Below, one piece after another: positions 41,446-51,992 of a stretch of 64,000 nucleotides of DNA (positions within the stretch are counted from its first letter, which is position 1; every line of letters starts with the position of its first letter). The position numbers and the translations under genes were made by a program. This DNA comes from Thermodesulfobacteriota bacterium (GTDB lineage: Bacteria > Desulfobacterota_D > UBA1144 > Nemesobacterales > JAJCZQ01). Location of the stretch: contig CBDBDR010000017.1 in assembly GCA_965203965.1 (NCBI GenBank), positions 256,001-320,000 on the forward strand. Reading direction: 5' to 3'. The notes under the pieces are model-generated. The model did no database searches, had not been told where the DNA came from, and worked only from the letters and a program-made list of their open reading frames with translations.

Positions 41446-42651
41446 ATGGACAAAGGAACCGAAATTTCCAATCGAACTGGATCTTCACAAAGAATCCTGT
41501 CCCGGCTGTGGAATGATGAAGCATCCAGATCGGTTATAATCCAAATAATTGCGTTTGCACTGATATTCGGATTATTAATATACTTTATAAGAAATGTTGT
41601 TGTTAATCTTGAGGCAATAGGAAAGGGTTTCAGTTTTAACTATTTATGGGAACCTGCAGGTTATGATATAAATCAGCGCCTGATAGAATATACCTCTCAT
41701 TCCACTCACTTCCGGGCTATGGTAGTGGGGATACTCAATACGTTATTGGTGGCGATTAGTGGGATTATTTTGTCAACTATACTGGGTTTTTTCCTCGGTG
41801 TTTTGCGATTATCAAAAAACTGGCTGACAAGTAAATTAGCCTATGTTTATGTTGAATACGTCAGGAATGTTCCTGTGTTGCTCCATATATTTTTGGTATA
41901 TGGCATCATGGTTAATACACTGCCGGTGCCAAGAGAGGCACAAAGTCTGGGAGATATTGCTTTTCTGACTAATCGTGGTTTTTTTCTTCCAAAACCGCTT
42001 TTTGAACCTCTGTTCTGGGTGGTATCATTACTGTTTATTGCAGGTGTTGTTTTTGTTATATTGTTCCGCAGGCACGCACGTAAAATACAACATAAAACTG
42101 GAAAGCAATACCCGACTTTCTTAATATCAATGTTAGTGGTATTGGTCGTTCCGTTTGTGGCTTATTTTCTGACAGGTAGTCCAATCGCTTGGGATATACC
42201 AAAATTCAAGGGATTTAATTTTGCGGGGGGTATTGTGATCAGACCTGAATTCATTGCGCTTTGGCTTGCTCTGTCCTTATATACCGCGTCTTTCATTAGT
42301 GAGATTGTCAGGGCAGGAATTATAGCTATTGATCGTGGACAGACTGAGGCTTCTCTATCTCTTGGCATAAGTCGGAGCAAAACACTTGATTTGGTTATTA
42401 TACCCCAGGCACTCAGGGTGATCGTGCCGCCTCTTACTTCCCAGTATCTTAACATTACCAAAAATTCATCTCTTGCTGTTGCAATCGGTTATATGGATAT
42501 TGTTGCAACTATTGGTGGTATTTCACTGAATCAAACGGGCAGGGAAGTGGAGTGTATGCTTATTGTATTATCCTTATATCTGGTTTTATCCCTGTTAATA
42601 TCGTCGGCTATGAATATATACAACAAACGGATTAAATTGGTTGAACGTTAG
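41446..42651 (+). CDS. aapQ: General L-amino acid ABC transporter permease
   Basis: VGILNTLLVA, YVE..RNVP, GQTEA..SLG and YLNITKNSSLAVAIGY motifs. Confidence 0.92.
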   Translation: MDKGTEISNRTGSSQRILSRLWNDEASRSVIIQIIAFALIFGLLIYFIRNVVVNLEAIGKGFSFNYLWEPAGYDINQRLIEYTSHSTHFRAMVVGILNTLLVAISGIILSTILGFFLGVLRLSKNWLTSKLAYVYVEYVRNVPVLLHIFLVYGIMVNTLPVPREAQSLGDIAFLTNRGFFLPKPLFEPLFWVVSLLFIAGVVFVILFRRHARKIQHKTGKQYPTFLISMLVVLVVPFVAYFLTGSPIAWDIPKFKGFNFAGGIVIRPEFIALWLALSLYTASFISEIVRAGIIAIDRGQTEASLSLGISRSKTLDLVIIPQALRVIVPPLTSQYLNITKNSSLAVAIGYMDIVATIGGISLNQTGREVECMLIVLSLYLVLSLLISSAMNIYNKRIKLVER

Positions 42652-42663
42652 GAAGGTGCAGTC

Positions 42664-43773
42664 ATAAGTAAGCAAAACTATAAAATTGGAGAACACCCTG
42701 ATCTTCCACCACCACCTGGTGTGATAGGCCCCTACGCTTGGGTAAGGGAAAATCTTTTATCGTCTCCCGCTAATATAGTGATGACTATACTCACATGCTG
42801 GCTATTGTTTGAGATCATACCTCCTTTAATGAATTGGCTATTTCTTGATGCTGCCTATACGGGAGAGAGTCGAGATGAGTGTCGTGCCGTCGCCAGTGGG
42901 GCATGCTGGGCTTTTATCGGAGAGCGTCTTAGCCTGTTCACTTATGGTTTTTATCCTGTTGCTGAACGTTGGAGAGTTAATCTGTCCTTTATTCTGCTAA
43001 TAATTGCCATTGTCCCAATCCTGTATGACAAGGTGCCTTATCGTAAATATGGGTTTTATTTTGCAGCCGCTTTCCCTTTTATTGCCGGTTGGCTTTTAAT
43101 TGGAGGGTTCGGACTAACGCCAGTTGAAACCGATAGATTTGGTGGTTTTATGCTGACTTTGGTCATTGGTATTACTGGTATAGCATTTTCACTTCCGATT
43201 GGAATACTGCTTGCCCTTGGCCGCCGGTCCTCAATGAGAGTTATTCGTTTATCTTCAATTTGCTTTATAGAGTTCATTCGTGGGGTACCTCTGATTGCTT
43301 TACTGTTTGTGGCTTCAACAATGCTTAACTATTTTCTTCCCCCGGGACTGACTTTTGATCTCTTGCTACGGGTGTTGATCATGGTTACGTTGTTCGCGTC
43401 GGCTTATATGGCTGAAGTTGTTCGGGGCGGATTGCAGGCAATACCCAAAGGGCAATCTGAAGCGGCAGACGCACTGGGTCTCAAATACTGGTCTACTGAA
43501 CGATTGATAATTCTTCCGCAGGCATTGAAGATATCCATACCAGGTATAGTAAACACCTTTATCGGATTATATAAGGATACAACCCTGGTAATTATTATCG
43601 GTTTATTGGATCCACTGGGTATTGGCAGAGCATCTTTGGCAGATACAAAATGGACAGGGCTTTCCAGTGAAGTTTACTTATTTGTAGCTATATTCTTTTT
43701 TATTTCCTGTTTTGGTATGTCCAGATATTCATTATATCTAGAGAATAAGCTGAAAACTGACCACAAAAAGTAA
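42664..43773 (+). CDS. aapM: General L-amino acid ABC transporter permease; start codon uncertain (ATA 42664 vs GTG 42721)
   Basis: [24 protein letters not shown] and [21 protein letters not shown] motifs. Confidence 0.88.
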   Translation: MSKQNYKIGEHPDLPPPPGVIGPYAWVRENLLSSPANIVMTILTCWLLFEIIPPLMNWLFLDAAYTGESRDECRAVASGACWAFIGERLSLFTYGFYPVAERWRVNLSFILLIIAIVPILYDKVPYRKYGFYFAAAFPFIAGWLLIGGFGLTPVETDRFGGFMLTLVIGITGIAFSLPIGILLALGRRSSMRVIRLSSICFIEFIRGVPLIALLFVASTMLNYFLPPGLTFDLLLRVLIMVTLFASAYMAEVVRGGLQAIPKGQSEAADALGLKYWSTERLIILPQALKISIPGIVNTFIGLYKDTTLVIIIGLLDPLGIGRASLADTKWTGLSSEVYLFVAIFFFISCFGMSRYSLYLENKLKTDHKK

Positions 43774-43787
43774 GGAGCGCATCTGTA

Positions 43788-44573
43788 ATGAAGAGGCAAA
43801 AAAAATCAATCCAAGAAAACATGAGTTCAAACTCGGAGAGTTACGCGATTGTAATTCAGGAAATGCACAAATGGTACGGTCAGTTTCACGTCTTAAAAAA
43901 TATTAATCTTAAAATTAGGCACGGCGAGAAGATCGTTGTATGCGGCCCATCTGGTTCGGGTAAATCAACTGTGATCAGATGTATTAACCGTCTTGAGGAG
44001 TATCAAAGGGGAAAGATAGTGGTTGATGGAATAGAATTGACCCGTGATCTGAAAAACATTGAGGTTATCCGGCGTGAAGTAGGGATGGTTTTTCAACATT
44101 TCAATCTGTTTCCGCACTTAACTGTTTTGGAAAACTGTACTCTTGCCCCCATCTGGGTTCGCAAAATGCCTCTTGTCAAGGCAAAAGAAATAGCAATGCA
44201 GTATTTGGAGAGAGTTAAAATACCGGAGCAGGCAAATAAATACCCCGGACAACTGTCCGGCGGTCAGCAACAACGAGTTGCAATTGCTAGAAGTCTCTGT
44301 ATGAATCCCCGCATCATGCTGTTTGATGAACCTACATCCGCCTTGGATCCTGAAATGATAAAAGAAGTGCTGGAGGTAATGATTCAGCTAGCTGGTGAAG
44401 GTATCACAATGATATGTGTAACCCATGAAATGGGATTTGCGAGAAAAGTTGCCGACCGTGTCATATTTATGGATGGTGGAGAAATAATTGAGGAAAATAA
44501 TCCTGAGGATTTTTTCCTCAATCCCCAGCATGAAAGAACCAAACTGTTTCTCAGCCAGATACTGAATCATTAG
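43788..44573 (+). CDS. aapP: Amino acid ABC transporter ATP-binding protein
   Basis: [28 protein letters not shown] and VTHEMGFA motifs. Confidence 0.93.
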   Translation: MKRQKKSIQENMSSNSESYAIVIQEMHKWYGQFHVLKNINLKIRHGEKIVVCGPSGSGKSTVIRCINRLEEYQRGKIVVDGIELTRDLKNIEVIRREVGMVFQHFNLFPHLTVLENCTLAPIWVRKMPLVKAKEIAMQYLERVKIPEQANKYPGQLSGGQQQRVAIARSLCMNPRIMLFDEPTSALDPEMIKEVLEVMIQLAGEGITMICVTHEMGFARKVADRVIFMDGGEIIEENNPEDFFLNPQHERTKLFLSQILNH

Positions 44574-44688
44574 TGCCGAAGCGTTGAAACTGTTTTTGCA
44601 ATAATTTCTATTTATGTGTATTGCCTATTCAAATTAAATTATTTATCATTTTTACCCTTTATTCTGCTTAAGGCAAACAAGGATTAAA

Positions 44689-46710
44689 ATGAGCACCCCG
44701 GACTTGGAAAGATCAGTTATCAGTTGTATAAGAGCATTGTCAATGGATGCGGTTCAAAAGGCAAATTCAGGTCATCCGGGCACACCTATGTCTCTTGCTC
44801 CCGTTGCATTCAAGTTGTGGGACAAGTTTATTGTGCATAATCCCGCAAATCCAGATTGGGCAAACAGGGATCGTTTTGTTTTATCAGCCGGTCATGCTTC
44901 AATGCTGCTTTACAGTATTTTGCATATATATGGTTATGGCGTGAACCTCCAAGATATAAAAAATTTCAGACAACTGCACAGCAGATGTGCAGGTCATCCT
45001 GAACTCGGGCTTATTCCCGGGATTGAAACTACAACTGGCCCGCTTGGTCAGGGTGCTTCTGTGTCAGTAGGTATGGCTATTGCAGAAAAGTGGCTCGCGA
45101 GCTACTTTAACAAACCCGATTATGAGATCATAAATTACCACGTATATTCCATACTCAGTGACGGGGATATTATGGAAGGTGTTACGTCCGAAGCTGCTTC
45201 TTTGGCGGGTCACCTTGGGCTTGGCAACGTTATCTGGATATATGACAACAACAATATCACGATTGAAGGTGATACAAAACTCGCTTTTTCAGAAGATGTT
45301 GAAAAGAGATTCCAATCATATAACTGGCACACACAACATGTTGATGATGCAAATGATCTACAAAAACTGGAAAGTACAATAAGTCTGGCTAGAAAAGAAA
45401 AAGAGCATCCATCAATTATTATAATTGATAGTCAGATCGCTTATGGAAGTCCGAATAAGCAAGGTAAGTGTGAATCCCACGGGGCGCCGCTGGGAGAGGA
45501 AGAGGTAAGACTAGCTAAAGAGTTTTACGGATTGGATCCTGATAAGGTTTTTTACGTTGCAGATGAAGTTAAACAGTATGGAAATGAGGTTGCCAATAAT
45601 GGTAGGGAATTGGAGCAACGTTGGAAAGATCTGTTTGATGAGTATTCAGGTAAATATCCAGAACTTGCCCATGAGTTTGAACTTGTTCAAAGAGGGGAGC
45701 TTCCTGAAAATTGGGACAGTGAATTACCAGTTTTTTCGCCTGATCAGAAAAACGTACCTACCAGAAAAGCTAATAACAAAGTCATGAACGCGGTAGGAAA
45801 ACGTGTGAAGTGGATGCTGGGAGGTGCTGCTGACGTTGGTTCTTCCACGAATACCTATCTGGATGGTACTAATAGCAATTCAAAAGACGAGCCCGGCGGA
45901 CGGAATTTTCACTTTGGTATCAGAGAGCACGCCATGGCAGCGATTGCAAACGGTATGGCACTCAGCAAACTTCGTCCTTATGCTTCAACGTACTTTATAT
46001 TTTCGGATTACTTAAAGCCGGCGCTGCGATTATCTGCACTAATGAATCTTCCCGTTATCTATATTTTTACCCATGACAGTATTGGACTGGGTGAGGATGG
46101 TCCAACTCACCAGCCTGTTGAGCATTTACCTTCATTGCGATCCACGCCTAACTTGGACGTTATCAGGCCTGCCGATCCTAATGAGCTCTCAGTCCTCTGG
46201 AAACACGCAATGATCACAAAGGATCATACAGTGGTTTTTGTTCTTACTCGTCAGGGTGTCCCCGTGATTGACAGACAAAAGTATTTGTCTGCCGAAGGTG
46301 CTTTGAAAGGGGGGTATGTAATAGCAGATTCAGACGGAGAGCCTGAAATAATTATTATTTCCACGGGTTCTGAGGTAAGTATTTGTCTCGGTGTCTATGA
46401 AAAACTGAAAGAAGAAGGGATAGGCTCCCGGGTGGTAAGTCTGCCTTGCTGGGATATTTTTGAAAGACAATCAAAACAATACAGAGAGAGCATATTACCT
46501 TCAAACATCACAAGGAGATTGTCTGTTGAAGCAGGCTCAACTTTTGGTTGGGAGCGATACGTTGGTTACAACGGCAAGGGAAGGGCTTTCGGCATTGACC
46601 GCTTTGGCGAATCCGCTCCCGGTGGTGATTTAATGAAGGAATTTGGCTTCACAGTTGATAACCTTTATAAGGAAGCAAGAAAGATAATTTCTGATGGGTC
46701 AAAAGACTAA
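44689..46710 (+). CDS. tkt: Transketolase
   Basis: SGHPG, RDRFVLSAGH, TTGPLGQG, GDIMEG, GIREHAM and THDSIGLGEDGPTHQ motifs. Confidence 0.97.
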   Translation: MSTPDLERSVISCIRALSMDAVQKANSGHPGTPMSLAPVAFKLWDKFIVHNPANPDWANRDRFVLSAGHASMLLYSILHIYGYGVNLQDIKNFRQLHSRCAGHPELGLIPGIETTTGPLGQGASVSVGMAIAEKWLASYFNKPDYEIINYHVYSILSDGDIMEGVTSEAASLAGHLGLGNVIWIYDNNNITIEGDTKLAFSEDVEKRFQSYNWHTQHVDDANDLQKLESTISLARKEKEHPSIIIIDSQIAYGSPNKQGKCESHGAPLGEEEVRLAKEFYGLDPDKVFYVADEVKQYGNEVANNGRELEQRWKDLFDEYSGKYPELAHEFELVQRGELPENWDSELPVFSPDQKNVPTRKANNKVMNAVGKRVKWMLGGAADVGSSTNTYLDGTNSNSKDEPGGRNFHFGIREHAMAAIANGMALSKLRPYASTYFIFSDYLKPALRLSALMNLPVIYIFTHDSIGLGEDGPTHQPVEHLPSLRSTPNLDVIRPADPNELSVLWKHAMITKDHTVVFVLTRQGVPVIDRQKYLSAEGALKGGYVIADSDGEPEIIIISTGSEVSICLGVYEKLKEEGIGSRVVSLPCWDIFERQSKQYRESILPSNITRRLSVEAGSTFGWERYVGYNGKGRAFGIDRFGESAPGGDLMKEFGFTVDNLYKEARKIISDGSKD

Positions 46711-48406
46711 TGCCTCTTTTTTACGTGATGGATATTGTGAGTATTTAACTATTCACAAAGATCCATTTAACGACAAGTTGTCTGATCCATTTACACTGGA
46801 ACTGTCCAAGGGTATATGGTCAAAAAGCTACAAATTGTGGCAAGATAAGCCGGATGAGATTTCTAACAGGCTTGGGTGGTTAGAACTTCCAGATTTTATG
46901 ACTTCCGTCACGGATTCTATTGACGAGTTTTCCCACCAAATAGTAAGTAGTGGTTTTACTGATGTTCTTGTTATTGGTATGGGAGGGTCAAGTCTTGCAT
47001 CTGAATTTTTTGAAAAGACTTTTTCATTGGAAAGAAAACTATCTCTTACTGTAGTTGACACAACTGATCCAGAGGCAATAAGAGCTTTTGTAGGCTCTGT
47101 CAATCCTGAAAAAACCTTGATCGTTGTTTCTACAAAATCAGGGACGACGGCGGAGACAATTTCTTTAATGAGATATTTCTACCGTAAATTCTGTGAAAAA
47201 CTGGGTGAAGATAGAGCAGGTGATAATTTTGTTGCAATTACTGACCCCGGATCAGGTTTGGAAAAGATCGCAAAAATGTTGGATTTTAGAAGAATATTTC
47301 TTGGACTTCCTGATGTGGGAGGACGTTTTTCTGCACTTTCTCCTTTTGGTCTTGTTCCTGCTTCATTGATAGGTATGAACGTGAAAAAATTGCTGAAAGC
47401 AGCAAAGGGATGTGCCGAATTAACTAAATTAAATGATATAAATAAAAACTTTCCTCTTAGACTTGGTTTGCTGATGGGATATTTTGTGGAACAAAAAATA
47501 GATAAGATGACTATTGTTGCTTCAAAGAACGCTAGATATTTTGCCTACTGGGTGGAGCAACTTGTGGCTGAGAGCATCGGCAAAGAAGGGATTGGGATAT
47601 TGCCAGTAATACAAGAAAGTATTTACGATAACGTGGAATACGGTGAGGACAGATTTTTCGTATTTTTGAAAATGAAAGGGGATGAAGATCTGCAAACAGA
47701 AGTGGAGTTGGCTTTAGACAAGAATATTCCAACTGTTTGCATGGAGATAGACGGCTTGTATGGTTTTGGCGATCAGCTTTTTGGTTGGGAGTTTGCAACG
47801 GCAGTATGTGGCGCAGCATTAAAAATAAATCCATTTGACCAACCTGACGTTGAATACTCAAAAAAACATGCAAGAAATTTTGTAAATGAATACTTAAAGA
47901 GCAAATCCATGCCTGAATTGGATCCTTTGTTTGAATACGATTGTCTCCGTTTTTTCTGCAACTCCAGTTTCAGAGATGTTAAAGGTTTTAGAGAATGGCT
48001 TTTTCAAAAAGCCAGCAAGGGTAAATACGTTGCAATTCAGGCATTTCTTACACCTTCGGATGAGAATGAAAAGATACTAAAAGATATGGTGGAGAATCTG
48101 TCTGCTAAACTCAGAGTTCCAGTAACTTTTGGTTTTGGTCCTAGGTATCTTCACTCAACTGGTCAGATGCATAAAGGTGACAGTGGAAATGGTGTTTTTA
48201 TCCAACTTGTATCAAAGTCTATAAATGACGTTCCTATTCCTGATGATCCGTTTTCCGATAAGTCATCACTTGGTTTTGGGGTTTTAAAAAATGCTCAATC
48301 CCTTGGAGATTATCTTGCTTTGAAAGACAAAGGACGAGACATTGCAAGGATAGATCTTGGTGACCATACGAGAGAAGGTTTAACAATACTTACAGGATTT
48401 ATATAA
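46694..48406 (+). CDS. pgi: Glucose-6-phosphate isomerase (PGI domain of the Tal-Pgi type, no transaldolase domain)
   Basis: GMGGSSL, STKSGTT.ET, VGGRFSALS.FGLVP, EQLVAES.GK, NPFDQPDVE and GPRYLHSTGQ.HKG motifs. Confidence 0.88.
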   Translation: MGQKTNASFLRDGYCEYLTIHKDPFNDKLSDPFTLELSKGIWSKSYKLWQDKPDEISNRLGWLELPDFMTSVTDSIDEFSHQIVSSGFTDVLVIGMGGSSLASEFFEKTFSLERKLSLTVVDTTDPEAIRAFVGSVNPEKTLIVVSTKSGTTAETISLMRYFYRKFCEKLGEDRAGDNFVAITDPGSGLEKIAKMLDFRRIFLGLPDVGGRFSALSPFGLVPASLIGMNVKKLLKAAKGCAELTKLNDINKNFPLRLGLLMGYFVEQKIDKMTIVASKNARYFAYWVEQLVAESIGKEGIGILPVIQESIYDNVEYGEDRFFVFLKMKGDEDLQTEVELALDKNIPTVCMEIDGLYGFGDQLFGWEFATAVCGAALKINPFDQPDVEYSKKHARNFVNEYLKSKSMPELDPLFEYDCLRFFCNSSFRDVKGFREWLFQKASKGKYVAIQAFLTPSDENEKILKDMVENLSAKLRVPVTFGFGPRYLHSTGQMHKGDSGNGVFIQLVSKSINDVPIPDDPFSDKSSLGFGVLKNAQSLGDYLALKDKGRDIARIDLGDHTREGLTILTGFI

Positions 48407-48459
48407 AGTCCTTTCAACTAAATTGATAGCAGTTTCACACTCAAGTAAGCTAACCTTTC

Positions 48460-49161
48460 ATGTTGCGAAACGGCTTTGCAGAGATTAAGAGGAGAGCGGC
48501 AAATTTTGCGGTTGACTTTATAAAATCAGGAATGGTTGTAGGACTTGGCACGGGTAGCACTGCGCAGTGCGTGATCATGGAGATAGCCGAAAGGTTAGAT
48601 CGGAAAGAGTTACACAGTCTCATTTTTATTCCAAGCTCGCTCAAAACAGCAAACTTTGCTTCCGATTTGGGTATTGAGTTGTCTGGTATTGATAAGGTTC
48701 AGAGAATTGACATAAATATAGATGGTGCTGATGAAGTTGATGCAAGTGGCAACTTGATCAAAGGTGGGGGCGGTGCTCTTCTCAGGGAAAAAATCATTGC
48801 ACAGAGCAGTAGGAGGAACGTTATTGTTGTTGATCAAAGTAAGATATCTACTGAATTGGGTGAAAATTGGCATCTGCCGGTTGAGGTTCTGCCATTTGGA
48901 TATCGCTTAGAGATCTCATACATTGCTTCTCTGGGGGCAAAGCCTGAGATTAGAAAATGTGTTGAAGGGAAAAATTTTAAAACCGATCAAGGGAATTATA
49001 TACTTGACTGTGACTTCGGTTTAATATCTGATCCACAGTGGCTTTCATCTAAATTAGAACAGAGGGCAGGTATTATAGAGCATGGGTTATTTGTTCAAAC
49101 CACAAATGACCTGATTATTGGAAGACCTGATTCAGTTGAGCACAGGCATATTACTGGATAG
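48460..49161 (+). CDS. rpiA: Ribose-5-phosphate isomerase A
   Basis: GLGTGST, IDGADEVD, IKGGGGALLREK and TDQGNYILD motifs. Confidence 0.96.
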   Translation: MLRNGFAEIKRRAANFAVDFIKSGMVVGLGTGSTAQCVIMEIAERLDRKELHSLIFIPSSLKTANFASDLGIELSGIDKVQRIDINIDGADEVDASGNLIKGGGGALLREKIIAQSSRRNVIVVDQSKISTELGENWHLPVEVLPFGYRLEISYIASLGAKPEIRKCVEGKNFKTDQGNYILDCDFGLISDPQWLSSKLEQRAGIIEHGLFVQTTNDLIIGRPDSVEHRHITG

Positions 49162-49920
49162 ATGGAAATTTCAGGGATTATCGGGGTTGTAGTACTTTTT
49201 TTTACAGGCATTTTTGCTGCTTTCTTGAACGTTACGGCTGGTGGTGGTTCAAGTATTACCTTGCCCGTATTGATCTTTCTTGGTGTGGATCCAGTAATGG
49301 CTAATGGCACAAACCGTCTGGCTATAATGCTTCAAAATGCCTCTGCTTCTGCTTCTTTCAGAAATGAAAAAATTTACCAGAGTAAATACACTCTTATCTA
49401 TGCCTTGCTAACTATCCCGGGGTCTATACTTGGTTCAATATATGCAACTGGGATTAGCAACGAGGCTTTTAAGAATGCGCTAGGTATAGTCCTAATAGGT
49501 GTTATGATCACAGTTATTCTGCCAAGGTCTAAGCAGGTTATTGAGGGAGTTTCTCTCAGAAATAGGTTTTCTTGGCTTATATATCCCGGGTTTTTTATTC
49601 TTGGATTTTACGGGGGATTTATACAGGTTGGCATTGGTTTTATGATAATTGCTCTTATCCAACACACACTCCAAATTGATATGTTAAAAACCAATATGCA
49701 CAAGACGTTTACAATTATGGTAATTAACATCCCAGCTTTGATAATATTTATTGCTACTGGCAATATGAACTGGGTTTTTGGAGTTGCACTTGCCATAGGT
49801 ACTATGACAGGAGCATGGTGGGCGGCAAAGATTTCTGTGAGAAAAGGGGATGGGTTCATAAGATACTTTTTTGCACTTGGGTTAGTTGCGATATCAATGA
49901 GGCTTTTCGGGTTGATCTAG
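49162..49920 (+). CDS. TauE/SafE (TSUP) family transporter
   Basis: AGGGS.ITLP.L, ANGTNR and GFYGGFIQ.G.G motifs; about 8 TM segments. Confidence 0.9.
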   Translation: MEISGIIGVVVLFFTGIFAAFLNVTAGGGSSITLPVLIFLGVDPVMANGTNRLAIMLQNASASASFRNEKIYQSKYTLIYALLTIPGSILGSIYATGISNEAFKNALGIVLIGVMITVILPRSKQVIEGVSLRNRFSWLIYPGFFILGFYGGFIQVGIGFMIIALIQHTLQIDMLKTNMHKTFTIMVINIPALIIFIATGNMNWVFGVALAIGTMTGAWWAAKISVRKGDGFIRYFFALGLVAISMRLFGLI

Positions 49921-51977
49921 CCGTCCGTAGCTGAAGAAACTTTCCAAACCTCCTTCTGGTAATTGTTAAGGTTGTAGTATATTCCCCTGTTTTCCAAAAG
50001 TTCATGGTGAGTTCCTGTTTCCACTATACTGCCCTTGTGAATTACTATTATCCTGTCGGCATGGCGAACATTTGATAGCCTGTGAGCTATTATGAGGCGG
50101 GCTTTTTCATCCTGACTTCTTATAGATTTCTGTATGTTCTTTTCAATTTTAGCATCTATGTTTGAGGTTGCTTCATCCATGATCAGGAGAGTTGATTTCT
50201 TGTTCAGAGCCTTTATAAAGGACACCACCTGAATTTCACCAGATGATAGCGTGCTTTTTTGGGTACTGATCTTTCTGTCTTCTCCTAAAAGGGATTTGAT
50301 TTTTTCATAGTCCAATGGCTCGTCTAAAATATCTTTGCCAAAAAGGAACAAGTCTTGAAAGATCGCTGTTATGCTTGCCCTCAGAAAATTGTTGTCAACA
50401 TCGTTTATGTTTACACCGTTAAAGAGAATCTCACCTCTTTGCACTTTATAGAATTTGAGAATCAAGTTCACCACTGTTGTCTTTCCCGACCCTGTAAGTC
50501 CGACCAGTGCCACCGTATCTCCGGGACATATCTTAAAAGACACGTCTTTCAACGTCCAATCCCTGTCGTTATAGGAAAACCACACTTTCCTGAATTCTAT
50601 TATTGTGGAAGAATAGGAGGGTTTTTTATTGCCACTTTTTTCGATCGGTTCATGGATCAGGTCATAGAGGTTTTCCGATGCAGCTACGGCAGATTGGAAG
50701 ATATTGTATCGCTCGGATAGCTGTTGTATGGGGTTGAACAACATTCTGACGTAATACAGGAAGGCTATGAGCCCGCCTATAGTGAGGTCGTGATTTATCA
50801 CGCCGCGTCCTCCTTGCCAGAGTATCAATCCTACTCCGAGTATGCTGACGTATTCAATGAATGGTCTGAACATTGCATAAGTCCAGAGTTGTGACATATT
50901 TGCCGAGTAATTTTCTCTGTTTATGCTGTTAAATCTCTTAAAATTTTCATACTCTTTGTTGTATAGCTTTATAAGGGTTATTCCCTGAATGCTTTCCTGC
51001 ACAAATGAATTGAGCTTCCCTATTGTAATGCGTATATTCCTGAACGCGGTTTTCAATCTCATCCTAAACAGCGCCGCTGCAAAAACGAGAAACAGAGTGA
51101 GGCAAAGTATTATCAGAGTCAACTTTGCATTCATTGTAAACATGATTGAAATAATTCCTATAATGACCAGAATGTCCTTGATAAACTGAACAAGCACGGA
51201 GGTATACATTTCATTGATAGCATTTACGTCGTTTGTTACCCTTGTGGTTATTCTTCCCACGGGGTTTTTGTCAAAAAAAGACTGAGGAAGCCGAAGGATG
51301 TAGGAGAATGCATTGTGTCTTATACTGTGCATTATCTTGTGTCCCGAATAAAACAAGGAATAGGTAAATGCTGAAGTAAAGATAAATACACCGAGCAATC
51401 CCAGAGAGATAAAAACAAAGTATTTTACAAGAAATTTGTAATTGTTAGAGCGTAAAAACTGTATCTCGTTCCGTTCCAATAATTCAAGATCATTGAGTTT
51501 GGCGTAGTATATCGTCCGTTCGGCTTTGTAAAATACGTTCTCGTTGCGGTTAAAAATGTCCAGAAATTGAGTTCTTTCTCTATTATCTATTCCAGATATA
51601 TTGAAGACCATATATCTCGCATCAGTTATTGAGCCACTTTTTTCAAGGTTTGTACTATCCACCCGGTCAATTCTGGAGATATTAACAAGGTAGCTGCCGT
51701 CTTCCAACCTTATAACCTGTTCGGGATATTTGTTGATAAGTTGATCTGTATTTTTTATGCTTCCATCTGATCTGACCCAAGTGGGGTATATATAATTATC
51801 AACGGCATATTTAGTCAGATAAGGGATTGACACTTCCAACGCTGCCGTAAGTATCATAAGAAGCAAGGAAAGTATGAAAAGTGGTCTGTGAGGTTTCACA
51901 TAGCTTAGAAGCCATTTTATGATCTTGAGGTCGTATGTCCTTGTTCTCTTTTTCTCTTCAGATTGAAATGTGCTCAT
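49917..51977 (-). CDS. Heterodimeric ABC exporter subunit (MdlB-like), TMD plus NBD
   Basis: FFDKNPVGRITTRVTND, GLTGSGKTT, MDEATS and IAHRLS motifs; degenerate signature LSSGE. Confidence 0.9.
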   Translation of the reverse strand: MSTFQSEEKKRTRTYDLKIIKWLLSYVKPHRPLFILSLLLMILTAALEVSIPYLTKYAVDNYIYPTWVRSDGSIKNTDQLINKYPEQVIRLEDGSYLVNISRIDRVDSTNLEKSGSITDARYMVFNISGIDNRERTQFLDIFNRNENVFYKAERTIYYAKLNDLELLERNEIQFLRSNNYKFLVKYFVFISLGLLGVFIFTSAFTYSLFYSGHKIMHSIRHNAFSYILRLPQSFFDKNPVGRITTRVTNDVNAINEMYTSVLVQFIKDILVIIGIISIMFTMNAKLTLIILCLTLFLVFAAALFRMRLKTAFRNIRITIGKLNSFVQESIQGITLIKLYNKEYENFKRFNSINRENYSANMSQLWTYAMFRPFIEYVSILGVGLILWQGGRGVINHDLTIGGLIAFLYYVRMLFNPIQQLSERYNIFQSAVAASENLYDLIHEPIEKSGNKKPSYSSTIIEFRKVWFSYNDRDWTLKDVSFKICPGDTVALVGLTGSGKTTVVNLILKFYKVQRGEILFNGVNINDVDNNFLRASITAIFQDLFLFGKDILDEPLDYEKIKSLLGEDRKISTQKSTLSSGEIQVVSFIKALNKKSTLLIMDEATSNIDAKIEKNIQKSIRSQDEKARLIIAHRLSNVRHADRIIVIHKGSIVETGTHHELLENRGIYYNLNNYQKEVWKVSSATDG

Positions 51978-51992
51978 TGAATTAGGCTATTA

